A stretch of DNA of 61,554 nucleotides, filler included, from Thermodesulfobacteriota bacterium (GCA_036381125.1; 6 parts of 6 records of this genome joined end to end with filler, not necessarily neighbours in it), one strand, 5' to 3'; counted from the first letter of the whole stretch, positions 50,796 through 60,427 are shown. Program-made: numbers and translations. Notes: a model not told the origin generated them from the sequence alone.

Positions 50796-52184
50796 TCACC
50801 GGCCGGCCGGCGCGGGCGCGTAGGCGCCGCCCGGGGACGCCTCGGCCGACCTCGACGGCGACGCCTCGCGCTGCTTCCGCCAGGTGAGCCACACGTAGAC
50901 CGGGACCCCCGCCATGAGGAGCAGGAAGCCCTTGGCGATCACGTCGGTTCCCGACCCGTAGATGGCCCAGAGCGAGTAGGCGAAGGCGAGCGCGGCGACG
51001 ACGGCGCTCCCCGCCGCCCGCCGGCCGTCGAAGCGCGCGCGGTCGGTGGCGAGGAGGTACAGCTCCGCCGAGGCCGCGTAGGCGTACGGCACGAGCGTCG
51101 TGAGGGTGGCGAGCAGGATCACGAAGTTGAACTGCTCGACGAGGGCGGTGTTGTAGTTCATCAGCATGAGGACCGTGATGAGCAGGGAGGAGACGACGAG
51201 CCCGAAGACCGGCGTCCTGCGGCGACCGCTCACCCGGGCGAACCGGGCGGGGAAGAGCCCGTCCTGGGCCGCCGCGAGCGGGATGCGGCCCTGCAGCAGG
51301 ATCCACCCGTTGAGGCAGCCGAAGGTCGAGATCATGGCCACGAGGGCGATCGCCTTCCCCGCCCACGGCGTCCCGAAGATGGCGGCCGCCGCGTCGGCGA
51401 ACGGGCTCGTCGACTCGGCGAGCGCGGCCTGGGGGACGGCACCCATGATGGCGACGGTGGCGACGACGTAGACGAGCGTCGCGGCCGCGGTGCCGAGGAT
51501 CGTGGCCCGCGGGATCGTCCGCTCCGGGTCCAGCAGCTCTTCGGCCGGCACGGTGGCCGACTCGAGCCCGATGAAGGCCCAGAGGGTCAGCGCCGCGCCC
51601 GCCGCGAGCCCGGGAGCGACCCCCTTCGGCGCGAACGGGGTGAAGTTGGCCGGGTCGAGGACGAAGAGGCCGGCGACGCCGATCACCGCGAGCGGCAGGA
51701 ACTTGAGCAGGGCCGTCACGACCTGGATGCGGCCCCCCTCCCGCACCCCCGCGATGTTGGCGAGCGTGAGGAGCCAGACCGTGCCGATGCCGACCGCGGC
51801 GGCGAGGACGTTGCTCGCCCCGAGGGCCGGCCAGAAGACCGTCAGGTAGCCGACGAACGCCACCGCGATGGCGGCGTTGCCGACCCAGGCCGCGATCCAG
51901 TAGCCCCACGCGGTCTGGAACCCGATGAAGTCGCCGAAGGCGCGGCGCGCGTAGACGTAGGGGCCTCCGGTGGAGGGGTACGCGCGACCGAGGCGCGCGA
52001 AGACGAGCGCGAGGAGCATCGCCCCCGCGCCGGTGAGGAGCCAGGCGACGATGGCGATCGGCCCCGACGCGCTCGCCAGCGAGGCCGGCAGCAGGAACAC
52101 GCCGGAGCCGATCATGTTGCCGACGACGAGCGCCGTCGCCATCCAGAGGCCGAGCGAGCGCTTGAGCGTTGCTCCCTGCGACAT
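50796..52184 (-). CDS. APC family basic amino acid antiporter (ArcD/AdiC/PotE-like)
   Basis: [38 protein letters not shown]. Confidence 0.93.
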   Translation of the reverse strand: MSQGATLKRSLGLWMATALVVGNMIGSGVFLLPASLASASGPIAIVAWLLTGAGAMLLALVFARLGRAYPSTGGPYVYARRAFGDFIGFQTAWGYWIAAWVGNAAIAVAFVGYLTVFWPALGASNVLAAAVGIGTVWLLTLANIAGVREGGRIQVVTALLKFLPLAVIGVAGLFVLDPANFTPFAPKGVAPGLAAGAALTLWAFIGLESATVPAEELLDPERTIPRATILGTAAATLVYVVATVAIMGAVPQAALAESTSPFADAAAAIFGTPWAGKAIALVAMISTFGCLNGWILLQGRIPLAAAQDGLFPARFARVSGRRRTPVFGLVVSSLLITVLMLMNYNTALVEQFNFVILLATLTTLVPYAYAASAELYLLATDRARFDGRRAAGSAVVAALAFAYSLWAIYGSGTDVIAKGFLLLMAGVPVYVWLTWRKQREASPSRSAEASPGGAYAPAPAGR

Positions 52185-52200
52185 GAGATCCCTCCCTCCG

Positions 52201-52230
52201 GCCGCGCCGGGCCGAAAGGCCCGGCGCGGC
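52201..52230. terminator. Perfect 13-bp hairpin between hsp20 and the antiporter gene (no U-tract; terminator or processing/stability element)
   Basis: GCCGCGCCGGGCC-GAAA-GGCCCGGCGCGGC. Confidence 0.45.
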
Positions 52231-52261
52231 GCGCGACCGACGGCGCGCGCCTCGACGCGCC

Positions 52262-52708
52262 TCAGGCGGCCTTCACCTGGATGGTCTTGCCCTTTGCGGC
52301 CGGCGTCTTCGGCAGCGTGACGGTGAGGACGCCGTTCTTGAAGGTGGCGTCGACCTTCGCGGCGTCGACGGCGGCCGGCAGGCGGATCGCACGGGCGAAC
52401 GCGCCGTACACCCGCTCCTTCCGGTAGACCTGCTCCTCCTTCGCCTCCTTCTCCTCGGTCTTCTCGCCCTTGATCGTGAGGAGCCCCTCCTCGAGCGTCA
52501 CCTCGATCTGCGACGGGTCGATGCCGGGGACCTCGGCCTTGACGACGATCGCGTCCCTGGTCTCCGACACGTCGAGCGCCGGCGCCCACTCGCCGCTCCA
52601 GCGCAGGTCGGGCAGCTCGAACTCGCTGAACCGGTCGAACAGCCGATCCATCTCCCGCCGAAGCGTGGTCAGACCGGAGAAGGGCGTAAAGGGTGTAATG
52701 GCTTTCAT
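52262..52708 (-). CDS. Hsp20/alpha-crystallin small heat shock protein
   Basis: LRREMDRLFD, PALDVSET, AEVPGI, ERVYGAF.RAI.LP, FKNGVL; AGGAGG RBS. Confidence 0.95.
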   Translation of the reverse strand: MKAITPFTPFSGLTTLRREMDRLFDRFSEFELPDLRWSGEWAPALDVSETRDAIVVKAEVPGIDPSQIEVTLEEGLLTIKGEKTEEKEAKEEQVYRKERVYGAFARAIRLPAAVDAAKVDATFKNGVLTVTLPKTPAAKGKTIQVKAA

Positions 52709-53073
52709 ACGGCACCTCCTGTCGGGCCCTCGGCCCGTTCTCTCGCCTCGGCACACCCGAGGCACAATCGCGTCGTCGGCAGCGCCTCGAGCCGGGCGGG
52801 CGCGATCGCCTCGCCGCACAGCTCGCAGCGGCCGTACTCGCCGGCGGCGAGCCGCCGCAGGGCCGCCTCGATCTCCTCCAGCTCGTGCCTGGCGCGGAGG
52901 TCGAGGCGGGAGAGCAGGCGAGCCATCGTCTCCTCCTGCCCCTGCTCGACGAACTCCACCTCGATCTCGTTCTCGAGGCCCTTCAACTCCGTCTCGACGC
53001 CGGCCACGGTGGCGAGCAGCGCCCGCCGCCGCTCGAGCAGCCTGGCCCTCGCCCCGTCGACTCCGTTCGCCAT
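52705..53073 (-). CDS. TraR/DksA C4 zinc-finger protein
   Basis: IEAALRRL..GEYGRCELCGEAI...RLEALP...LCLGCA. Confidence 0.9.
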   Translation of the reverse strand: MANGVDGARARLLERRRALLATVAGVETELKGLENEIEVEFVEQGQEETMARLLSRLDLRARHELEEIEAALRRLAAGEYGRCELCGEAIAPARLEALPTTRLCLGCAEARERAEGPTGGAV

Positions 53074-53087
53074 GGCCTTCCCCCCTC

Positions 53088-53603
53088 TCACCGATCGCGC
53101 TCCCAGGTGGCCGTGAGCGACCCGTCGCGGTCGGACCAGGCGTAGCGTGCGCGACCGCGGAAGGCCTTCTTGAGCTCGTGCACGATGCGGTGCGCGAGCT
53201 TCTGCGAGGTCGTCAGCACCTCGAGCACCGCCGCCCCCTGCCGATCGGCCGACACGACGCGCCGCTCCGGCTGCGTGAACTGCGCCCGCTCGGCGACGTT
53301 GCGGATCCGGCGGCGGATCTCCCGCTCGTGCTCGGCGGCGTACGCGCCGCGGATGACGACCCGGCCGTACGCGATCCCCTCGCCCACCTGCCGGCAGGCG
53401 GGGCAGGTGGTCCAGGTGGCGCGAGCGAGCGCCGCGTGCGACAGCGTCCGGGACGCCCGCCAGGTCTGCCGCGCGAACACCGCGCCGCACCGCCGGCAGA
53501 CGGTCGGCTCGCCCAGGCGGGCCGTGTGCCTCGCGACCGGCGGCTTGGCGCCGGTCCGCGTGACCTTCCGCTCGGGTCTGCGATCGAGCCTGCGCGAGGC
53601 CAT
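53088..53603 (-). CDS. BCAM0308-family protein (NMD3-like zinc-binding)
   Basis: EPTVCRRCGAVF...W, CPACRQ, G.V...G, EI...IRN...A....P.RR, TTSQKLAHRI..ELKKAF.G; start may be GTG 53627. Confidence 0.75.
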   Translation of the reverse strand: MASRRLDRRPERKVTRTGAKPPVARHTARLGEPTVCRRCGAVFARQTWRASRTLSHAALARATWTTCPACRQVGEGIAYGRVVIRGAYAAEHEREIRRRIRNVAERAQFTQPERRVVSADRQGAAVLEVLTTSQKLAHRIVHELKKAFRGRARYAWSDRDGSLTATWERDR

Positions 53604-53614
53604 CGACGTCCGCC

Positions 53615-53970
53615 TCACGACACCCACGCGCGCAGCAGGTCGGTCTCCGTGACGATCCCGACGAGGGCGCCGTTCTCGACGACCGGCAGGGCGCCGATGC
53701 GGTGCTCGAGCATGAGCTTCGCCGCGTCGGTCGCCTCCCGGTCGGGCTCGATGGTGATCGGCCGCTTCGTCATCACCTCGCCGACGGTCAGTCGCGCCAG
53801 GAGGTAATTGATCTCCCAGACCGAGAGCGACGTGGCCGGCGACGGCAGGTTCAGCCGGATGTCCCGGTCGGTCACGATGCCGACCAGCCGGTCCCCCTCG
53901 ACCACCGGCAGGTGCCGGATCCTGCGGCGCTCCATGACCTGCTTGGCCTCCGAGACCGGCGTCCCGGGGG
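53615..53970 (-). CDS. CBS domain protein (AcuB-like), 5' truncated
   Basis: IRHLPVV..LVGIVTDRD, PSPATSLSVWEINYLL, IGALPVV..LVGIVTETDLL. Confidence 0.92.
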
Positions 53971-54070
53971 NNNNNNNNNNNNNNNNNNNNNNNNNNNNNN
54001 NNNNNNNNNNNNNNTTAATTAATTAANNNNNNNNNNNNNNNNNNNNNNNNNNNNNNNNNNNNNNNNNNNN
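53971..54070. other. Artificial contig spacer
   Basis: N44-TTAATTAATTAA-N44. Confidence 0.99.
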
Positions 54071-54611
54071 GGAGGGGACCGGCCAGCGGCCCTTCACCCC
54101 GCTCGAGCGCCGGGTGCGCGAGATCGACCGGGCGCTGCCCGAGGGCGGCGCGATGCGGTTCCTCGAGTTCCCGGACGGCGACCTCGCCTGCATGATCACG
54201 AGCGGCGGGGCCGGTCTCGCCGTGCTCGGCAGCCTCGTCGCGATGGGCGGTCGGCCGGCGACCGCCTTCGACATCACCCCCGGGCCCGCGGGGCCGATGG
54301 AGGAGAAGCTCTACCGCGTGACGCGCACGATCCTCGAGCGCCCCGGGCTCCGCGGCCTGCTCGCCGGCGGCAACGTCAAGAACTTCACCCGGGTCGACGT
54401 CCACGTGCGCGCCATCGTGCGCGCGCTCGCCGACGGCGGCGTCGACGCCCGGCGCTTTCCGGTCGTCCTGCGGTTCGCCGGGCCGGGCATGGAGGCGGCG
54501 CGCGAGGCGGCGCGCGACGTGCCCGGGCTCGAGCTGTACGAGGACGACACGTCGCTCGAGCAGGCGGTTCGCCGCATCCTCGAGCGGATCCGGGGGGCGG
54601 CGGCGCGGTGA
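54071..54611 (+). CDS. Succinyl-CoA synthetase/ATP-citrate lyase beta-like subunit, C-terminal ligand-binding domain (5' truncated)
   Basis: DGDLACMITSGGAG, GGNVKNFTRVD, PVVLRFAGPG; coupled to the alpha-like gene. Confidence 0.75.
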
Positions 54612-55507
54612 GCATCCTGCTCGACGGGAGCACCCGGGTGCTGGTGCAGGGCATCACCGGCCGGGAGGCGAGCCTCCACGTTCCGTACATGCAGCGGTAC
54701 GGGACGCGAATCGTCGCCGGCGTCTCGCCCGGCAAGGGGGGCGGCGAGGTCCACGGCGTGCCGGTCTACGACACGGTGCGCGACGCCGTGCGGGCGCACG
54801 AGGTCGACCTCGCCGTGCTCTTCGTCTCGGCCCGCTTCACCCGCGACGCCGCCCTCGAGACGATCGAGTCGCGCGTGCCGGTCGCCGTCCTCCTCGCCGA
54901 GGGGGTCCCGCACCACGACGCGGCGGAGATCGTCGAGCGGGCGCGCGAGGTGGGGGTGCGGGTGATCGGGCCGAACTCCCAGGGGATGATCAGCCCGGGC
55001 AAGGCGAAGGTGGGCGGCACCGGCGGCGACCGGCCCGACCTGATCTTCCGGCCCGGCCCGGTCGGCGTCATCTCGCGCAGCGGCGGGATGGGCGCCGAGG
55101 TGGCGATGGCGCTGACGAAGGCCGGGATCGGCCAGAGCACGTACGTCGCCATCGGCGGGGATCTCGTCATCGGCAGCGAGTACACCGACCTCCTGCCGCT
55201 CTTCGACGCCGACCCCGACACGCGCGCCGTCGTCCTGTTCGCGGAGCCGGGGACGGGTCGGGAGGAGGCCGCCGCGGAGTTCATCGCGCGGACCGGCTTC
55301 GCCAAGCCGGTGGTCGCGTTCGTCTCGGGGGAGATCCTCGAGCGCCTGCCGCGCGGGATGCACTTCGGGCACACCGGTGCCCTGATCGAGGCCGGCCTCG
55401 GGCGGCCGTCGCAGAAGAAGGCGGCGCTCCGGGCGGCCGGCGTGCGGATCGCCGAACGCTTCGACGACATCGTTCCGCTCGTCCGCGAGGCGCTGGCGGA
55501 GCGTTGA
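54608..55507 (+). CDS. Succinyl-CoA synthetase alpha-like CoA ligase subunit
   Basis: VLVQGITG, YGT.IVAGVSPGKGG, IGPNSQG, SRSGG, IGGD, phospho-His motif FGHTGA. Confidence 0.9.
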   Translation: MSILLDGSTRVLVQGITGREASLHVPYMQRYGTRIVAGVSPGKGGGEVHGVPVYDTVRDAVRAHEVDLAVLFVSARFTRDAALETIESRVPVAVLLAEGVPHHDAAEIVERAREVGVRVIGPNSQGMISPGKAKVGGTGGDRPDLIFRPGPVGVISRSGGMGAEVAMALTKAGIGQSTYVAIGGDLVIGSEYTDLLPLFDADPDTRAVVLFAEPGTGREEAAAEFIARTGFAKPVVAFVSGEILERLPRGMHFGHTGALIEAGLGRPSQKKAALRAAGVRIAERFDDIVPLVREALAER

Positions 55508-55533
55508 GCACTCAACCCAAGGAGGCATGCCGC

Positions 55534-56499
55534 ATGAGCCGTATCAAGCTGGTCGCCGTCGGACTGGCCGTCGCGTTCGCCGCGATGCACGGGGTCGCGC
55601 ACGCGCAGACGGCGTTCCCCACGAAGCCGGTGAGGATCCTCGTCCACACGGCGGCCGGGTCGGGCAGCGATCTCATGGCCCGCGAGCTCGGCAAGGTGCT
55701 CGAGGGGCACCTTGGACAGCCGGTGGTGATCGAGAACAGGACCGGCGGCGGCGGCGCCGTCGCGCTGACCCACCTGCTCGGCCAGCCGGCGGACGGCTAC
55801 ACCGTGTCGGTGATCACGATGAGCCAGATCATGACGATGGCGGCCGGCCGGCTCGGGCAGATCCGCCAGCCCGATCAGCTCACCTGGCTCGCGCGCGTCC
55901 AGGGCGATCCGATCCTGATCGTCGTGCGGACCGACTCGCCGCTCAAGTCGGTGCGGGACCTCAACGCGAGGGTGAAGGAGGCGGCCGCGAGCGGCAACCT
56001 GCTCAAGATCGGCTCGTACGGCCGCAAGACGCACTACGAGGCCGCCGTGCTGGACTACGCGCAGGCGGTCGGGGCCCGCGTCAACTACATCGCCTACGAG
56101 GGGACGCCCGAGATCCTGCGGGCCGTGCTGGGCGGCGAGATCGACGTCGCCTTCGCTCCGGCGAGCGGGAGCATGGCGAACCTCGAGGGGGGCACCATCA
56201 GGCCGCTGGCGTCCCTCAGCGCGGGGCCGGTGCCCGGGCTGGCGGCCGTGCCGACGCTCAAGGAGTCGGGCATCGACGTGGTCGTCATGCAGTACCGCGG
56301 CCTGGTCGCGAAGCCGGGGATGCCGGCCGAGGTGCTCGCGAAGTGGGAGACGGCGCTCAAGGCCGCGGTGGTCGACCCGAGGCTCGCGAAGGCGACGGAG
56401 CAGGAGGGGATGGTCCTGCTCGCCGACGTCGGGCACGAGGCGCTCCTGCCGATCGTCACGCGGGAGTTCGAGAAGGCGAAGGCCGCGCTCGGGCAGTAA
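55534..56499 (+). CDS. tctC: TTT substrate-binding protein (TctC/Bug)
   Basis: FPTKPVRILVHTAAGSGSD, IENRTGGGG, PADGYT, VPTLKESG; AAGGAGG RBS. Confidence 0.9.
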   Translation: MSRIKLVAVGLAVAFAAMHGVAHAQTAFPTKPVRILVHTAAGSGSDLMARELGKVLEGHLGQPVVIENRTGGGGAVALTHLLGQPADGYTVSVITMSQIMTMAAGRLGQIRQPDQLTWLARVQGDPILIVVRTDSPLKSVRDLNARVKEAAASGNLLKIGSYGRKTHYEAAVLDYAQAVGARVNYIAYEGTPEILRAVLGGEIDVAFAPASGSMANLEGGTIRPLASLSAGPVPGLAAVPTLKESGIDVVVMQYRGLVAKPGMPAEVLAKWETALKAAVVDPRLAKATEQEGMVLLADVGHEALLPIVTREFEKAKAALGQ

Positions 56500-56963
56500 T
56501 GGGCGCGAGCGTGCTCGACAGGCCGGTCGCGGTCGCCCTGACCGCGGCCGGCCTCGTCTACTTCTGGCTGGCCTCGCGGCTGCTCGTCTCGGACGGGCCG
56601 GGCTCGGCGCTCTTCCCGATGGCCGTGGGGGCGGTCTGGGTCGGCGGGTCGGTCCGGTACCTCCTCGGCGCATGGCTGCGGCCGGCCGGCGACCGGGGGG
56701 CGTGGGCCGAACTCGGCCGGGAGGTGCGCCAGGCGACGGTGTACCTGCTGCTCCCGCTCGCCTGCTACCTCGCCCTGCTCCCCTGGCTCGGGTACCCGGC
56801 GGCCACCTGGGGGTGCGCGGCCTGGATGATCCGCACGCTGTCGGAGCGGCCGCGGCACCCGCTCGTGCCGATGGCCCAGGGCGCGCTCGTCGCGGGCGTC
56901 CTCTACCTGGTCTTCGGCGGGCTCCTCGGCGTCGCGCTGCCCCGCGCGGCGCTCGCCGGGTAG
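56499..56963 (+). CDS. tctB: TTT small membrane subunit TctB
   Basis: GPGSALFP, 4 TM, VFGGLLGVALPR; TAATG overlap. Confidence 0.85.
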   Translation: MGASVLDRPVAVALTAAGLVYFWLASRLLVSDGPGSALFPMAVGAVWVGGSVRYLLGAWLRPAGDRGAWAELGREVRQATVYLLLPLACYLALLPWLGYPAATWGCAAWMIRTLSERPRHPLVPMAQGALVAGVLYLVFGGLLGVALPRAALAG

Positions 56964-56987
56964 CCGGGCGCGCGGGAGGGGCCGCGG

Positions 56988-58493
56988 GTGGCCTCCGGGG
57001 TCGACACGCTCGCCGCGCTCTACGGCGGCCTCCTCACGGCGCTCTCGCCGGGGAACCTGCTCGCCTGCCTGGCCGGGGCGTTCCTCGGGCAGCTCGTCGG
57101 CATCGTCCCGGGCATCGGGCCGGTCGGCGGCATCGCGCTCCTGCTCCCCATGATCTACGGTCAGGAGCCGGTCGCCGCGCTCATCATGCTGGCCGGCATC
57201 TACTACGGCGCGATGTACGGCGGGACGGTCACCTCCGTCCTCATGAAGATCCCGGGCGAGAACTCCTCGGTCCTCACGGCGCTCGAGGGGTACGAGATGG
57301 CGAGGGCGGGGCGCGCCGGCGCCGCGCTCGGCATCGCCGCCTTCGGCTCCTTCATCGCCGGCAACGTCGGGATGCTCCTGCTCGCGCTGTTCATCGTCCC
57401 GTTGTCGGCCGTGGCGGTCGGCTTCGGGAGCGTCGAGTACGCGGCGCTGATGTGCTTCGCCCTCTCGGCCGTGTCGGTGCTCGCCGCCGAGGCCGCCGTC
57501 AAGGGGCTCATCAGCGCCGTGATGGGGCTCGCCCTCGCGACCGTCGGGCTCGACAGCGGCACCGGCGCGCTCCGCTTCACGTTCGGCATCCCCGAGCTGG
57601 TCGAAGGGATCGACTTCGTGGTGGTGGCGATCGGGCTCTTCGCCCTCCCCGAGCTCTGCGCCATCGTGGAGCGGCGGGGGGCCGGCGCGCTGCTCGAGCG
57701 CCACGGCTACGGTCGCCTGCGCGACCTCTGGCCGAGCGTCGCCGACTGGCGGCGGTCGGCATGGCCGATCGCGCGCGGATCGCTGATCGGCTTCGCCACC
57801 GGCGTGCTGCCCGGCGCCGGCGCCACCATCGCCGCCTTCCTGTCGTACGGCGCCGAGAAGCGGCTCTCGCGGCGACCGGAGGCGTTCGGCCGGGGCGCCA
57901 TCGAGGGGGTGGCCGGACCGGAGTCGGCCAACAACGGCGCCGTCGCCGGCTCGCTCGTGCCGATGCTCGCCTTCGGGATCCCCGGCTCGGCCACCACGGC
58001 GATCCTCCTGACCGGGTTCACGATCGTCGGCATCCAGCCGGGCCCCCGGCTGTTCGTCGACCACGGGCCGGTCGCCTGGGCGCTCATCGCCTCGATGCTC
58101 GTCGGCAACCTGATCCTCCTCCTGCTGAACGTGCCGCTGATCGGGCTGTCGGTCCAGCTCCTCAGGCTGCCGGCCAACGTCATGGTGGCCACCGTGGTGA
58201 TGGTGGCGGCGGTCGGCGTCTTCAGCCTGCGGACGAGCCTCTTCGACCTCTGGGTCCTCCTCCTCTCGGGCGTGGTCGGCTACGTCATGCACAAGGTCAG
58301 GATGCCGGCGGCGCCGCTGCTGCTGAGCCTCGTGCTCGCCCCCCTCTTCGAGCGCAACCTGCGGCGGAGCCTCGAGCTGGGCGGCGCGCCGATCTTCCTC
58401 GAGCGGCCGGTCGCGCTGGCCCTCCTGGCGCTCTCCCTGGCGATCTGGCTCTGGCCCGTTGTCGCCCGGCTCCTCGCGCGCCGCGCCCGCTGA
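56988..58493 (+). CDS. tctA: TTT large membrane subunit TctA
   Basis: GIVPGIGP, IYYGAMYGG, GVAGPESANN, GIPGS, GIQPGP. Confidence 0.95.
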   Translation: MASGVDTLAALYGGLLTALSPGNLLACLAGAFLGQLVGIVPGIGPVGGIALLLPMIYGQEPVAALIMLAGIYYGAMYGGTVTSVLMKIPGENSSVLTALEGYEMARAGRAGAALGIAAFGSFIAGNVGMLLLALFIVPLSAVAVGFGSVEYAALMCFALSAVSVLAAEAAVKGLISAVMGLALATVGLDSGTGALRFTFGIPELVEGIDFVVVAIGLFALPELCAIVERRGAGALLERHGYGRLRDLWPSVADWRRSAWPIARGSLIGFATGVLPGAGATIAAFLSYGAEKRLSRRPEAFGRGAIEGVAGPESANNGAVAGSLVPMLAFGIPGSATTAILLTGFTIVGIQPGPRLFVDHGPVAWALIASMLVGNLILLLLNVPLIGLSVQLLRLPANVMVATVVMVAAVGVFSLRTSLFDLWVLLLSGVVGYVMHKVRMPAAPLLLSLVLAPLFERNLRRSLELGGAPIFLERPVALALLALSLAIWLWPVVARLLARRAR

Positions 58494-58508
58494 CACCCCG
58501 GACGGCCC

Positions 58509-58531
58509 GGGGTCAGGCCTTTCCGTTTTCC
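58509..58531 (+). repeat. Single copy of the GGGGTCAG repeat, overlapping the PKS stop codon
   Basis: GGGGTCAGGCCTTTCCGTTTTCC, 22/23 identical to the third unit at 60487. Confidence 0.8.
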
Positions 58532-59613
58532 GGGGAGGTCGAGCCGGAGGCCCGCTCCGGAAAGCCGAGCCAGGCCCCCTCGGCCGAGAAGCCGGGGCCG
58601 ACCGCCACGAGAATGCCGTGCGCGCCGGGCGGCGGAGGCCGCCTGGCGAGCGTCTCCTCGAGGACGAAGAGGATGGTCGCGGACGAGAGGTTGCCGTTCT
58701 TCCGGAGGACCTCCCGCGACATCCGCACCTGGTCGTCGGAGAGGCCGAGCCCCTTCTGCGCCACGTCGATGACCCGCCGGCCGCCGGCGTGGATCATCCA
58801 GGCGGCGACCTCGTCGGGCGCGAGGCCGGCACGGGCGAGGAGGCGGCCGACCACTCCCCGCACCATGTCGCCCGCCACGAACGGCACCTCCCGGACGAGG
58901 TAGAGCTTGAGCAGGCCCTCGGGGTTCTCGTTGTCGTAGCCCATGATGTCGCGGTACTCCGGCCTCACGTCGGAGGCGAAGGCGCGAAGCGCGATCCCGG
59001 GGCCGCGATCGGCCAGCAGCGCCGCGGCCGCCCCGTCCGCGAAGATGGCGTTGCCGACGACGGTGCCGAGGTCGCGCTCGTCGAGGTGGTAGGTCGCGGA
59101 GCAGACCTCGGTGGCGACGACCAGCGCGCGACTCCCCGGGTGGGCCCTGACGAAATCCGCCCCCCGCTGCAGCGCCGACACCGCGCTGGCGCAGCCCATG
59201 CCGAGCAGGTTCGCCCGCTCGATCTGCCCGCCGCGGAACCCGAGCGCCTCGATGATGCGGGTATCGAGGCCGGGGCAGGTGTAGCCGGTGCACGAGGTGG
59301 CCACGATGCAGTCGACGGCGTCGATGGCGACGCCTGCCCGGTCGAGGCACTGGCGGGCCGCCTCGGCGCCGAGCCGGACCGCCCACTCCCGGTAGCGCCG
59401 GTTCCGCTCGCCGGGCGTCTCGTCGGCGGTGAAGGCGGCGAGGTCGGCAATGGCGAGCGCCCGTTCGTCGATCGACTCGTCGAAGAACCGGGCGAGCCTG
59501 CGCTGAACCGCCGGAGACCTGTAGACCGTCCGGGCGTAGGCGAGGAGCTCGGACTGCCGGTAGCGATGGGGCGGGGTGGCGGTGCCGAGCGCGACGATGC
59601 GAGGCGCGTCCAT
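58513..59613 (-). CDS. Type III polyketide synthase (chalcone/stilbene synthase-like)
   Basis: SCTGY.CPGLD; catalytic triad in GMGCAS, IHAGG and GNLSS; FADGAAA, GPGF. Confidence 0.93.
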   Translation of the reverse strand: MDAPRIVALGTATPPHRYRQSELLAYARTVYRSPAVQRRLARFFDESIDERALAIADLAAFTADETPGERNRRYREWAVRLGAEAARQCLDRAGVAIDAVDCIVATSCTGYTCPGLDTRIIEALGFRGGQIERANLLGMGCASAVSALQRGADFVRAHPGSRALVVATEVCSATYHLDERDLGTVVGNAIFADGAAAALLADRGPGIALRAFASDVRPEYRDIMGYDNENPEGLLKLYLVREVPFVAGDMVRGVVGRLLARAGLAPDEVAAWMIHAGGRRVIDVAQKGLGLSDDQVRMSREVLRKNGNLSSATILFVLEETLARRPPPPGAHGILVAVGPGFSAEGAWLGFPERASGSTSPENGKA

Positions 59614-59619
59614 GTCGGC

Positions 59620-59684
59620 ACTCTACCGCGCGCCGGGAGGACCGGTGTGGTCCCCGCCCCGAAACGCGACGCCCACGCTACAAT
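59620..59684. promoter_or_regulatory. Divergent -10 elements: leaderless PKS promoter (minus strand) and DUF1054 promoter (plus strand)
   Basis: Minus-strand TAGAGT 6 nt before the PKS ATG; plus-strand TACAAT at 59679-59684. Confidence 0.5.
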
Positions 59685-59707
59685 GCGCACCCACGAGGGA
59701 GGGACGC

Positions 59708-60427
59708 ATGCGCGCCACGACGTCACGCGCCGGGACGATTGCGTTCGCCGGCTTCGAGCCGGCCGATTACCAGGTCTTCGCCATCAAGGACTTCGCGAAG
59801 GGGATGGCGTCGCTCCGCGCGCGCGTCTCGCCGAAGCTGGCCGCGCTGGGCGAGGCGCTCGGGCCCCGGCTCTCGGCAGCCGTGGGCGAGCCGTTCTTCG
59901 CGCACGTGGCGAAGCACATGCGCCGTTCGGTCAACACGCCGACCGAGACCTGGGTCGCGCTCGGCCGCGATCCGAAGAAGTACAAGATGTACGCCTTCCT
60001 CGGCGTCGTCGCGAGCGGCCGCGGCATCGACGTGCGGCTCGTCCTCAAGGACGAGGCCGCGGGCGACAAGCGGACGCTGGCCGACGCAATCCTCCGCGAG
60101 CGCCGGCGGCTCGCCGACCTGTTCGCCGCGCTCCCGGACCTCGGCTGGTTCCTCGGGCTCCCCGGCAAGCCGCGCAAGGCGGCCGAGCCGCCGCTGCCCG
60201 TGACCCGGCTCCCCGAGGGCTTCTGGGAGGAGGTGGCCGAGGGTCTCCGAACGCGTGCGGCGAGTCTCTTCGACGTCGGCTTCGCCTGGCCGCGCACCGA
60301 CCGCCGCCTGGCCGGCCCCGAGTTCGAGCGCATGGCGCTGCGCGCCATGGTCTCCCTGTACCCCCTCTACCGCCTCGCCACGACCCCCGGGGCGCGGCTC
60401 GACGGCCGGCCGACCCGCTCCGCGTAG
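59708..60427 (+). CDS. DUF1054 (YktB-like) family protein
   Basis: F.GF...DYQVF.I..F...M..LR..V.PKL..LG, FAHVAKHMRRSVN.P.ETWVA....KKYK. Confidence 0.8.
   Translation: MRATTSRAGTIAFAGFEPADYQVFAIKDFAKGMASLRARVSPKLAALGEALGPRLSAAVGEPFFAHVAKHMRRSVNTPTETWVALGRDPKKYKMYAFLGVVASGRGIDVRLVLKDEAAGDKRTLADAILRERRRLADLFAALPDLGWFLGLPGKPRKAAEPPLPVTRLPEGFWEEVAEGLRTRAASLFDVGFAWPRTDRRLAGPEFERMALRAMVSLYPLYRLATTPGARLDGRPTRSA

Noticed and set aside
54608-55507. Calling this gene sucD of the TCA cycle
   Set aside because: The partner beta subunit lacks SucC signature motifs and the context is a TTT catabolic operon.
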